NCBI RefSeq assembly: GCF_006345805.1
Contig: NC_042999.1
Location: 97,092,001 to 97,156,000 of the forward strand
DNA: 64,000 nucleotides
Reading direction: 5' to 3'
Origin: Octopus sinensis
Lineage: Eukaryota
A model generated the notes under the pieces. It was not told where the DNA came from. It saw only the letters and a program-made list of their open reading frames with translations, and did not search any database. The translations under genes were made by a program, and so were the position numbers. Shown one piece after another: positions 13,499-25,863 of the stretch; positions within the stretch are counted from its first letter, which is position 1, and every line of letters begins with the position of its first letter.

Positions 13499-13690
13499 AG
13501 CGACGAGCTGGCAGAATCGTTAGCACGCCCAGCGAAATGCTTGGCGGCATTTCGTCCGTCCTCAGGTTCTGAGTTCAAATTCCGTTGAGGTCGACTTTGA
13601 CTATCATCCTTTAGGGGTCGATGAAATAAGTACTAATTACGCACTGGGGTAATCGACTAGCCCCTTCCCGCCAAATTTCGTACCTTCTGA
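13498..13690 (+). mobile_element. Family A SINE
   Basis: AAAGCGACGAGCTGGCAGAATCGTTAGCACGCC...CTGAGTTCAAATTCC immediately after (TAT)n 13437-13497. Confidence 0.85.
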
Positions 13691-14095
13691 CTATTATTGT
13701 TATTAATCAGTGGTTTTGTTTCCAATAAGCTCCAAACACTTTCGATACATGGAGTATAGGTAATAGTGGTTTAAGTCTATTATTTATTTATCTAATTCTA
13801 TAGCGCTTCCTTTCTGAAATAGGCATGATGATTGCATCCATCAGTAGCGTTGGAGTATTTCCAACACTTAGAAATCTTTAAAAGATAAGCTGAAGGAATT
13901 TTGAAAAGATGAACTCAGTATGATTATGAAAGTTGACTAGAAGACCAGCAGATCCTGGAGCTACTTTCTGTATTTACGTAACTTGTTGACTTCAATATAT
14001 CATTGACTTTTACAGTTACGTAATTGTGTCAATAATTATGCTGGTTGCCGGGCTGAAAAAAAAATCACTTCTTGATTTGTTTATTTCCATGGGAT

Positions 14096-14100
14096 ATATA

Positions 14101-14179
<79 letters not shown>

Positions 14180-14415
14180 TTTCAACTAAGTATATATATA
14201 TATACTTCTACCAATATGAGTATCATTACTCTATGAATTAATGCACGCAATAGTTACACAACAACACAGACATAGACACATGTTACGTATATGTGTATAC
14301 ATTTATACTTACGTATATTTATGCATCTACATGCGTACATATGCATGCCTAATTGCACATAAATGTAAATAAAACGCACACTCACGCAAAGAAACATTTA
14401 CACATACATATACAT

Positions 14416-14479
<64 letters not shown>

Positions 14480-14628
14480 TATATATACAACCCGCAAATA
14501 TGTTGAGATATATATCCTTTCAATTTACTAGATGCCCTCGTACATTGCGCAGTTATTTTGTGTGTGTGTGTGTGTGAGCATGTATGTGAATGTATATAAA
14601 TCTGTATATCTCTGAATACATATCCGTG

Positions 14629-14671
<43 letters not shown>

Positions 14672-14704
14672 GTGTATGTGTGTGTGCGTATTTCTCTATG
14701 TGTG

Positions 14705-14747
<43 letters not shown>

Positions 14748-15567
14748 TATATTATATATATATATATATACACACGTGTGTTTGTATTTTGAGGAGAAGA
14801 ATATAAATATTAAAGAAAACGGGGATTCAAACGAAATAAATTTAAGAAAAGAAAGAACAAAACAATATAGTTTTAAAAAAATGAGAAAAGAGACGGAAAA
14901 GTTTGGGGTAAATAAATTGGTCTGGTTGTAGAGAGGAAAGAGAAGGAATGGTTTTCGTTTGAGCATATCTAGCTGCAGGGATCATTGACGTCACTATCGC
15001 TCACTACCAGGCCATTCCACTAACCAAATCAACATGTGAATAGTTTATGATGATAGACTAGTATTTTCACTGGATAATTGTTGTCTGAGTGTGTGTGAAG
15101 GCGAGGGTGGCCAGAAAGTCGCACACAAATACATACACGCACACGCACGCACACATGCACGCACACACGCACACACACACACATACATACACACGCACAC
15201 ATGCACGCCCACACACGCGCGCACGTGTACACACACACACACACACACAGATTATATGTACAAGTGTGTATTTTCGTTATCAATTTTTCAAGGTATTATT
15301 TTTTCCAGTCGATTTTTTTTTATTAGCATGTAACTATGAAACTATTTATCTATTTATCTGTTTTTGTTTGCATGTTTGCATGTATCCGTGTATGTATGTA
15401 TGTATGTATGTATGTATGTATGTATGTATGTATGTATGTATGTACGTATGTATGTATGTATGTATGTATGTATGTATGTATGTATGTATGTAGGTAGGTA
15501 GGTAGGTAGGTAGGTAGGTAGGTAGGTAGGTAGGTAGGCATGTAGGTAGGTAGGTATACTTGTATGC

Positions 15568-15611
<44 letters not shown>

Positions 15612-15615
15612 GTGT
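14096..15615. repeat. Compound microsatellite field: (TA)n, (TG)n, (CA)n, (TATG)n, (TAGG)n, (ATCT)n
   Basis: Directly visible, with short unique stretches between runs. Confidence 0.9.
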
Positions 15616-15843
15616 GTCAGTCTGATCGTCTATCTGTCTGTCTACTTATCTATCTATCTGTCTATATGTCCATTCATCTATCAACCTGGATGTTTCTCTG
15701 TCTATACTTGTATGTATGTTCGTTCGGATACAATTTTTAAAATTCTCCACCAATACAGAAAGAGCAGGTTTTTAATCCACAATAACAAGTCTTTTCCATA
15801 GCCTTTTCACGTATCTAGACACTACGTGTGTATGCATATATGT

Positions 15844-16231
15844 GTGGAGGCGCAATGGCCCAGTGGTTAGGGCAGCGGACTCGCGGTCATAGGATCGCGG
15901 TTTCGATTCCCAGACCGGGCGTTATGAGTGTTTATTGAGCGAAAATACCTAAAGCTCCACGAGGCTCCGGCAGGGGATGGTGGTGATCCCTGCTGTACTC
16001 TTTCACCACAACTTTCTCTCACTCTTACTTCCTGTTTCTGTTGTACCTGTATTTCAAAGGGCCGGACTTGTCACTCTCTGTGTCACGCTGAATATCCCCG
16101 AGAACTACGTTAAGGGTGCACGTGTCTGTGGAGTGCTCAGCCACTTACACGTTAATTTCACGAGCAGGCTGTTCCGTTGATTCGGATCAACCGGAACCCT
16201 CGTCGTCGTAACCGACGGAGTGCTTCCATCC
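15844..16231 (+). mobile_element. tRNA-derived SINE, family B, apparently full length
   Basis: GGAGGCGCAATGGCCCAGTGGTTAGGGCAGCGGACTC...GGTTTCGATTCCCAGACC head (A box TGGCCCAGTGG, B box GTTTCGATTCC) followed by a ~310-bp body. Confidence 0.9.
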
Positions 16232-16839
16232 ATGCATATAAGTGTTTCATTGTTCGCGGAAATCTACAGGTTCTGTTATATGTATGTGAGCACATACATA
16301 TGTTTGCATGTTTATACGTATAGATAGAACTTCCTGCTGGCAAAACTTTTAGAGTGTTTAATAATTTTCAGTTTCATTAATGAATTATGATTATATTTTC
16401 TGATTAGCTGTATCCTTTACGCAAAACCCAACAATGCTGATATAATTTAGAAAATAATCAAATATTCTAATAATCACACGTATAAATCTAGAGCTATAGT
16501 CGGGGGTAAAGGATCTGTCGATTTCTCATTTGTCCGACATTGACAATTTGTGTTTCTATCCTTAATATAAGTTTAACGTCTACGAACAACTGAGTTCCGC
16601 TACATTGTACACTTTCTTTTCCCCATCCTGACCATCATGCCTGGTTTGTTTTGCCTGTTTTTTTAACATCCCTCTAAAAATTCTTTCCAGCAACGGCTAG
16701 GGAAGAGCGCCAGATGAATTTTCTTCCTTTATGGGCCTGTTCAATGACGCGCACTCGCAGACAGTCACATGTCCTGGCGAGAATTCGTCGTCTCTGGTAT
16801 AAAACATTTTTGATCCTTTTGCTACTGGAACAAAATTTC

Positions 16840-16894
<55 letters not shown>

Positions 16895-17246
16895 TTTATC
16901 TCTCTGTTTCTCCCTCTCTCTTTATCTCTGTTATTCTTTCTCTCTACCTCTCCCTCTGATATTGTGTTTTTAACACTGCAAATCCATAAGAGAGGATATC
17001 TCGTGACAAATACTGCGGTAACTGGCCCCTCGACAGTGTGTATTAAATACTCAATTGTCTATAGTGGATTTTTAATCAACCAGGCAGCTATTCGCAACAT
17101 CAGCAAATATTTTATTCACTTTATTTTATATCAGAGACGACAATTTCTCTTTCGTGCTTGGGGCTGTCTCCGAGTACGCGGCATTGAAAGGCCCAAAAAT
17201 GGCGGAAATACATCTGAGGCTTTCATAAACCGCGCCGAGACAAATA

Positions 17247-17297
<51 letters not shown>

Positions 17298-20057
17298 TTC
17301 TCTCTCTCTTTCTCTCTCTCTCTCCCTCTCTCTCAATCTATCTATCTATTTTTCTATTTATCTATCTATCTATCACAAATGTGAACCAGTAATCAATTGG
17401 ATTTAGAAGATTGAAGTCAGTTTACTTTGTTCTTCCTAAGGAAAACTCACCATTACCAGACTTTTATTGCAAATTTGTGGTTACATACCCATTGTACTCC
17501 TGAGAATAAATACAAAGGAAAAAACCTATAACCCGGATAGAAAATCTGTGAGTTCCTCATTAGTTCACAAAAAATGTGCTCTTTCTCTACAATTTTAAAT
17601 GAAGTATATGTATGCATTATATATAAATATTTGTATGTATTATGTATGTATGTTTGTATGTATGCGTGTGTGAATGTAAATATGTATGTATGAATGTATT
17701 TGTATGTGTATGTCTATAAGTGTATGTTGATGAATGGCAGACAGATTACAATTAAACATTTCATCTTTCTTCAGCGAATTCTACTAACACAAATGCTAGA
17801 CTTCTCGTTTACCTCATGACAAACTAATTTATTCCACAGTGTATTTTTCATATAAATATGCGTATTTGTTTATGTCTATCTATATTTTCACATACCTATT
17901 TTGTTTATTTCTTCGTTTCAGAGAGAACTTCATCAGTACACTTGACAATGGTGCAACTTCACTGACAAGAAATGGTGGAGCCCATAATCAGTATGTTTAA
18001 TTAAGGAAGTAGCGTACAAGACACGGCCAAATTACCTTTCTGATATGAAGAGAAACAATATTATTTTCATCAAATTTTTCAGAAGCAATGGCCGACAGCC
18101 GAATGACATAGAAGTGTAGATGTCATTCAATTTGGCTTTACAGAAGCTGCACTGGCGATTATTAAGGAGGAATAGTTGTTGGAGGTACTCATATATCAAT
18201 TCATTACTTTCAGTCATAAACGAAATAAAAGGAGTCCCTTTAGAGATAATTCCTTTCCCCAGTTACATAGCTTCAACAGCAACAAATATGTCAAGCCCCT
18301 AAAAAGGACGCCTAACAAAGTAACTTTCTAATATTGATATTCTACATAATTCTTATAATTGAGGCAGGCGCAATGTTTTTAACTTATCGTAATCTAACAG
18401 CTCGTTATAGTTTATAACAAACCAAAATATGACACTATCCACACTTCCGGATAATAGAAAAGACATTTGCAAACGGATATAACTGAATGTTTACAACGGA
18501 AATTTGGATAGAGATGTTTATGTCTACAGTTATATTACATTAGTATTCATATCCTTACACAGATGGCTATAATCGTAAAAAAATATCATTTTAGAGTTAC
18601 AAAATATCACTCATCATCATCATCATCAGTTTCATTACTGCATATTTGTTCTCACCTTCATCATCATTATTATTATCATCATTATCATCATCATAATCAA
18701 CATCTCTTTCATCCTCTTTATCATTTTAGAGTCTGTGTTTCCATCCTTGATAAGTTGCATAGATGTGTCTCGCTGCATCTTTCTACACATCTCGAAGTGG
18801 CTCCCTTATTGTACCTTCTACTGTGACCTCATAACACTGTCCTCCATCATCTATCCCCCATTCAAATAACCTTGTTCGCGCCACTGCGGTCGTCTGCCTT
18901 TCCTACATTAATCGATGCCTAAATGCTTCACAAACTTTGAAATGCTTTGAATGTATTTTGCTGTGCATCGCATCTGGACAAAGCAATTTATTTTAATACC
19001 CATTTTTTTCTACACTGACTTCTTTACGGTACGGTATAATCGAATAATGAAGGGGTTTGCGTGGTCGCCTGACCTACTAGAAATAGCAACCAAGTGTCTC
19101 TCAAATATTCATTCTATTATCTTTACAAAAAATATATATATATTGAGTATATAAAACGATTCAAAAGTAACTGACACAGCTATTTCACATTTAAACTTAA
19201 AGTATTCATTGGTTTATCGTGATTGTACCCTCTGCTGAAATCACATAGCTCTAGGATGCTTAATTGTCTTACAGACCATTAGCTGCTAAGATAGGTTGGT
19301 CGCGGCCAGAATATGTTTGATCATAGATCTGCACCACTTGAACTAACCAGGGGATAAGCAACAACATAAATACAGCAACAACGACGGCATAGAATTTGCG
19401 CGAAAGTTTCCTACTAGAGGCTAGCGTTTTGTTTAGTGAGAGATTTATATCTCATTTGATTTCATCTGTGAACGCTGCAAAAACTGGAATTAAGTACAGT
19501 TCTGTGAACTATTAAACGTCCTGAGGTTTCGTAGAAATATTAAACCAATTTAAATGACAAAAAAAAAAGTGGGTTTGATAAGTCACTAATCGATCGGAGA
19601 TGTGTTTACTCAGTCACTTCGGTCGTTGAGCCAAGTAAAGCGCTACGTCAAATAGGCAGACTACGTCAGCCGACACTAAAACCATTTCTCTCTCTTTGTA
19701 GTCCAATCGGCTGCTCTTTCTGTCTTCTTTATTTTAATCGATGTAGTGAAGAAGAAGAAGAAGAAGAAGAAGAAGAAGAAGAAGAAGAAGAAGAAGAAGA
19801 AGAAGAAGAAGAAGAAGAAAATGCCAATGTAAATGAGATTTGAAGTACAAAGTTGTAATGTGGCTAAAAATCGATTCCTAGTGCTCCTACCGCTGCTCCA
19901 AGTCGACTATTTATTTACAACACTTGTGTGTGTATGTGTGTGTGTGCGCGCGCGTGCGCGTATGCGTGTCTTTGTTCATGTGTGCGTGTGTATATGTGTG
20001 TGTGTTGGCGAGTGCAAGAGGCAGACAGACAGTGAGTGTGAGAGTGTATGTGTGTGT

Positions 20058-20105
<48 letters not shown>

Positions 20106-20249
20106 TGTGTGTGCGTGTGTGGTTGTATTTATGCTTTATCAAGGATACATCAAGAAATGTTGAAAACGTTCGACCTTTGTCTTTCACCATTTAGTTTCGT
20201 CCTATTCTATCGATTCCGCCGTTTATTGATTTAATAATGGTCTGCAATT

Positions 20250-21562
20250 TCCAAAGGTGGGATAAGTCGATATTATCGATCAAGTACTTAAGTAATACTT
20301 CATTTTATCAGCCCCAGAAGGATAAGTTGACCTCGACGGAATTTGAACCTTGAAAATAAAGAATCGGAACAAAGTACTTTTGCCGATGCTCTAACGATTC
20401 TGTCAGTCCAGCGCCTGTCACTTGATTTGATAATGATTTCTACTTTTGCTTTCAAATTTTGGCACAAGGCCAGCAAGTCCAGAGGAGGGGTAAGTTGATT
20501 ACATCGACTCCAGTGCTCAACTGGTACTTACCTTAGCAACCACGAAAGGATAAAAGGCAAGGTCGACCTCGTCGGAATTTGAACTGAGAACGAGAAGACG
20601 GACGAAATACCCATCTTTTTATTACCCACAAGGGGCTAAACATTAAGGAGACAAACAAACAGATTAAGTCGATTACATCGACCCCAGTGCTTAACTGGTA
20701 CTTAATTTATTGACCCCGAAAGGATGAAAGGCCTTTGCCTTTCATCGACCTCGGCGGAATTTGAACTCAGAACGTAACGGCAGACAAAATACCGGTAAGC
20801 ATTTCGTCCAGCGTGCTAACGCTTCTGCCAGCTCGCCGCCTTTCATTGTGAAATCTAATTCTGATACAAGGCTGAATGTTAGAATAATAAATGTTTCCTA
20901 ACAAAAGCACAAGACCTGAAACTTGGGAAGGAAAAAGTCAATGCCATCGACCTAGTATATGACTAGAACTTTATTTTATTGATCCCAAAAGGAGGAAAAG
21001 CGAATTTCACATTGGCACGATTTTAAGCCTTATAATGACAACAATATTTTTTCTTTATGTTACGTTCTGAGTTCAAATTCCACCTCGGTCGACTTTGCTT
21101 TCATCCGTTTCGGAGTCGATAAATTAAGTACCAGTTGCGTACTGGAGTCGATCTTATCGACTGTCCCCCTTACCCCAAAATTTCAGGCCTTGTGCCTAGA
21201 GTAGAAAAGAATATTTTTCTTTATTATTGCAACCAGAAGATATTCGTTCAGTTAATAAATTCACGTCCAAAAGTGTTGCAAAATATGTGGAAAGAAACGA
21301 AACGAAAGTTTACGAAAGGAGAATTAACGAGAATATAAAATACGTTGGTTTCAAAGTTTGACACAAGGCCAACAGTTTTGGATGAGGAGGTAAGTCGATT
21401 ACATAGACCCCAGTGCTTAACTGGTACTTATTTTATCGACTTCGAAATGATGAAAGGTAAAGTCGACCTCGACAGAATTTGAACTCAGTATGTAAAGACG
21501 GACGTAATACCGCTATGCGTTTTGCACGGCATGATAACGATTCTGACAGCCTGCCGCCTTTA
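20250..21562. mobile_element. Cluster of family A SINEs: ~20250-20420 (-), 20455-20842 (-, two units), 21055-21213 (+, 5' truncated), 21355-21562 (-)
   Basis: Recurrent GTCGACCTCGGCGGAATTTGAACTCAGAACG and its complement, plus GGCACAAGGCC ends. Confidence 0.85.
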
Positions 21563-21829
21563 GACAATATGCAATATACTCAGATATTCTTAATTGCACA
21601 GAATAACTATATGCGGTTTAGACTCAACATAAAGACACGTAGCTAAATACAACTCAATGGTGGCTGCTATCAATCGGCTTCAATCATCATCAGGCAAACG
21701 TTATCATGAAAGAAATCCAGCCAACAACTGAGAGAGCCAACCATTGAATATGATTGAAAAGGAATGATGAAACTTGTTTGGAGTCATGACGTGTGGGTAT
21801 AAGTCAGAAACCAATTTGTCTATACGGAA

Positions 21830-22030
21830 AGTCAGCCCTGCATGACTATACAATTGGAATGGACGGATGATCTCGAAATGGACTTACGATTAAATACTAG
21901 TCAATCTATCCAATTAGTGGAGCCTCACATCAGTGAGTGGAGCCGGTGCACCGTAAAGTCGTCGGGTGGAAGGCTCCGAAACAGTACGCATTCTCTTCTG
22001 CTGAACCCTGAAACCGACTTACACATGCAA
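21830..22030 (+). mobile_element. Diverged 3' end of a Hero-like LINE
   Basis: GGAGCCTCACATCAGTGAG...GGCTCCGAAACAGTACGCATTCTCTTCTGCTGAACCC aligns by eye with 44532-44620, the 3' UTR of the element at 41040-44680. Confidence 0.6.
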
Positions 22031-23829
22031 GCTGTTTCCAATTCTTTGTTCAACCGTTTGTGCCATCCGCTAACTTAATAATAGTTGTCTCTACTATAAG
22101 TACATCACCCACATATATATAGTAACAAAAGGATTGAGAGGTGAGTGTTGTGACGCAGCTTATCGGCTCGTAGGCCTTAAAAACTATCAAATGTAGTTAT
22201 TGATAAACAGACAAAACAAATACAGACTCACACAGGTAGATTGAAAAACACTGAGATAGACTGATCCACCAAGCAGATTGACTAACAGATACGCAAACAA
22301 ACTCACTGATGCACAGAAATAACTGACTGTTGCAACGACGGTGTCAACTAAGGCACAGGCAGGCTGAATGATGCACTGGTCGACTGACTGATGCACAAAC
22401 ATTATTGACTAAGGTAGAGACAGACTGATACTCAGACAAATAAGGACTGGTAATAAACACAGATGAGGGACACAGACATACAGACAAACATAGACACTAA
22501 CACAGTAAGATGAAATATTGCACCGAGTAAATAAACCTCAGCCCTAATCATTTCCACTACCAGCCTCAACCGAGGGTGTATAACGATATAACAATCAGCA
22601 GCCTATCCTAATTCCTGACCGCTCTTGTTGTTAACTTCGCATTTATGAATAATTTGTTTTTAATAACTTAAGTCATTCTGGACATGTGAGTGCGTATATG
22701 AATACGAGTGTTGATGCTAATGTGTATATATGTATATGTATGTGATTATTTATGGTTTTGTGTTTTTTATTTGTTGGCAAGTTTTTGTAAGTTTATTTAT
22801 GCGTTCATATGCTCAGGCAGCAGGTGGCGCTGTAAGTTAGATATGGCGTAGGCCACACACTACTGGCCCTAATCTACGTTTGTCTAAGTTGATGTTATAA
22901 ATTTCATAAACCTAAGTGTATATCTGTACTAGTTTATATGTATTATATATTCATGTATATATGTGTGTATATGTATCTGTGCATGATATGCACATGTGTA
23001 TGTGCGTATGCCTTCAATAATAAGTTTCTGTATTTGGTTATATACCACCTACTGCTGAAGTAGGTGGTATATCATTATTTATGATTCTCGGAAATCTTAT
23101 GAGAAGGGGCTGGTTGCTAAGAAAAACTATTGCATCATTGAAATTTATATCACTGTAAAGAGTTATACGTTGAATTTTTAAAAGATTTATTAATTGAATT
23201 TACAGAATATATGTTAAAAAGTTTCTTTCTTAACCTTTTTTTTTCTTTATTAAACACTTAGTAATGTAATCAAGAGCGCCAAAGATTGCGGGTGCCATGT
23301 AAATCTGATAGATAAATCATTGATTTTGGAGCAGTTCTACTTAAATGTTCTTCTTACTAATTTCGAATGAAACATCCAACTTCGACTCCTCGATAGTATA
23401 TACTTTATATCATAAGCTTCATAGGAAGATCGTGCCTTCATGCCATATTTGGGACAACTTCTGATCATATATATAATGTTTAACACAAAACCGTGATATA
23501 ATTGACATTTTTGGTCGCTCCTCTTGGTCTTAGCATAATCTTCGAAATCTAACATGGCTAGGCGCAGGACCACTGGGAGTCTCAGTGGCAGGTGTTCACG
23601 AACTAGCTCAGAAACAGAGCTGTGGTTAGGAGTCCAGGAGCTATGACTTCTGAAGTTCCAGACGTTTAGCAATATTTCAAGTTTTAATACGACTAAGTTA
23701 TAACAGAAAGAGTCGATTTCCTTTGTGAAATTTTCAGTGGAAAAAGCCTCAATAATTAATGGTATTTTGAGAAAAGGCAAAAAAAAATCCAATCATTCAG
23801 TTAAGAGAATATTCATAATTTAATAAAAC

Positions 23830-24420
23830 ATATTTATGTACTCTTTTCAAAAGCAAATGGTTTCATTATTTCACTAATGTCAATTGTCCCCACAAGTTTG
23901 CTCTCAAAACTAAGGATGACCAGAACATTCATTTTTCTTACCTCTGTGTCGTCATACTCTTCAAAAAGTTCTTGATGGGCTTTAGTTTGTTGAAAGATCT
24001 CTCAGGAGATGCTACTGTAACTGGAAATGTGCTGAATATTTACAATGCAATGCAAATATTTCAAAAACATGTAATTTAACTTGTACATTTTTATTGTACT
24101 TAAAAGTCGATGTGACCCCCATATCTTCATCGAAGTTTGACGCATGAATTATCTAAAGGTGCCTCAATTTCTCTTGCATGGATCGTCTAGGATTATCTTA
24201 TAATTTTGCACATGCATTATTGAGATCCTCTTCTGTCGTATTTAGATATTGCTACAATGAAGAATTAGCTATTAATTGTATTCGTAACATCAAACCACAT
24301 GGCACTTTGACAATTTCCAAATCTATAACATCTAACGATAAATTCCGTTTGAATCCAGATTTAGGCTTATGAGAACCTTTTTGGACAATCTCCTCTGCAT
24401 CATCATCATCACCCTCAATG
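23830..24420 (-). mobile_element. hAT transposase C-terminal relic (dimerisation domain)
   Basis: Minus strand near 23900-24040 reads FSTFPVTVASPERSFNKLKPIKNFLKSMTTQ, then by frameshift RKMNVLVILSFES. This matches the hAT motif PVTVASAERSFSKLKLIKNYLRSTM..RLNGLAILSIE. Confidence 0.8.
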
Positions 24421-24430
24421 AAGATAATAA

Positions 24431-24475
<45 letters not shown>

Positions 24476-24476
<1 letters not shown>

Positions 24477-24764
24477 GACGAACCCTGCGATTCACATACG
24501 CAAAATCGGAGTAGCAAATAAACGAAAACAATCTCTTACCGTTAATGGTGAACATGTTTCTAGATCACAACCCACTATCTGATGTCACTTGGTCAGAGGT
24601 GAGGGCTTGTGGCATTTGGTAAATCTATCGAATATGGTGTTGACGAAGGAAATCAAGCTATTTTCGAGCTTGTGATCTAGAAACATGTTCACCATTAACG
24701 GTAAGAGATTGTTTTCGTTTATTTGCTACTCCGATTTTGTGTATGTGAATCGCAGGGTTCGTCG
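24476..24764. mobile_element. 289-bp palindromic element (95-bp arms, 99-bp spacer) at a (TA)n run
   Basis: 24476-24570 is the reverse complement of 24670-24764 with one mismatch seen (CATACGC vs CATACAC). TA lies on both outer sides. Confidence 0.9.
24634..24695 (+). ncRNA. Type I hammerhead-ribozyme-like motif (variant core)
   Basis: Helix I ATGGTG(24634-39)/CACCAT(24690-95); core TTGACGA (C3 replaced by U); helix II region with CAAGCT/AGCTTG hairpin; GAAA at 24680-83; palindromic helix III ACATGT; GUU putative cleavage triplet. Folded by eye only. Confidence 0.5.
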
Positions 24765-25609
24765 TATATGGAATCTCCACTTGTAGAAAATGGAAAAAAC
24801 AGTCTTTGACTGCCATTTCTAATTCCTTCGGTATGCGGCGAAGCAGCCTGTTGCCCGCCCTTTTAATTATTTTTACTATATATATATATATAACTGTCCC
24901 TTTTGATGAGACAGGGGACTCAGTTTGATTCCCTCGGTGACCAGTTTTGCTTCATTTAAATTTGTGACCATTTTCTAGATAGATAGAGTAACTCTAAATT
25001 TGAGACCTTAACATTTATCTCTTGCCGAGATGATCTCATTTCTAATTTTGATCGGAATCTCTAGCCATATAGAAAGCATGAGAACCCGTATTCATTGCAT
25101 CATTTATTCCATTAATGGTTTTTAGTGCAATATTGAGAGACAGGCTTTTTTACTATTCCAGTAAGACGAACTGAAAATGTCCTCACACTTGTCATTCAAT
25201 CTACTGAACGAATATTTGACAAAACGTAGAGTCTAAGAAGTGTGAATGGACTCACCTACTGCTCCTTGATTATATCGCGGCACTTATTACTAGAAGGAAA
25301 ACGGTAAACTATCTACACTACTCAAAATAAATGTTACTTCCTCCGCGCAACATGCAGTAAAATCTAGTCTACAAACGCCTGAAGAACTGCATTCACAGCG
25401 ACTATGGCTAGTTATTACACTGGCCAAACATGTCGACAACGCCATCATAACTCTGTCCAATACAATATTTAATCGGTATCCCAAAAGGCTTGAGTGCAAT
25501 CATATTCGCTATTGCAGGACCGTCTTCTTAACACAACCAACAGCAGTTTTTAAAAAATCATGCTTGAACTGCAAACTCAGTTCTGTTTATGATGACAGAA
25601 ATATGAATT

Positions 25610-25863
25610 AAGGCGAGCTGGTAGAAAATTAGGGCGGCGAGCTGGTAGAAGCATTAGCACGTCAGGTGAAATGCTTAGCGGTATTTCGTCTGCCGTTACG
25701 TTCTGAGTTCAAATTCCGCCGAAATCGACTTTGCCTTTCATCCTTTCGGGGTCGATAAATTAAGTACCAGTTATCCACTGAGGTCGATGTAATCGACTTA
25801 ATCCTTTTGTCTGTCCTTGTTTGTCCCCTCTATGTTTAGCCCCTTGTGAGAAATAAAGAAATA
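25610..25863 (+). mobile_element. Family A SINE monomer with duplicated 5' head and 13-bp TSD
   Basis: TSD AGAAATATGAATT at 25597-25609 and 25864-25876. The head GGCGAGCTGGTAGAA is present twice. Confidence 0.9.

Noticed and set aside
15844-15920. tRNA gene
   Set aside because: It has A/B boxes but no convincing acceptor-stem closure or terminator, and it continues into a body shared with another copy, so it is a SINE head.
18032-18217. Minus-strand ORF ending MKIILFLFISE|GTAATT as a signal-peptide exon
   Set aside because: The hydrophobic core is short, the donor is moderate and no compatible downstream exon was found.
25294-25608. 105-codon stop-free + frame without ATG, cut by a SINE
   Set aside because: No recognisable motif or donor site; a few frames of this length are expected by chance in 64 kb.
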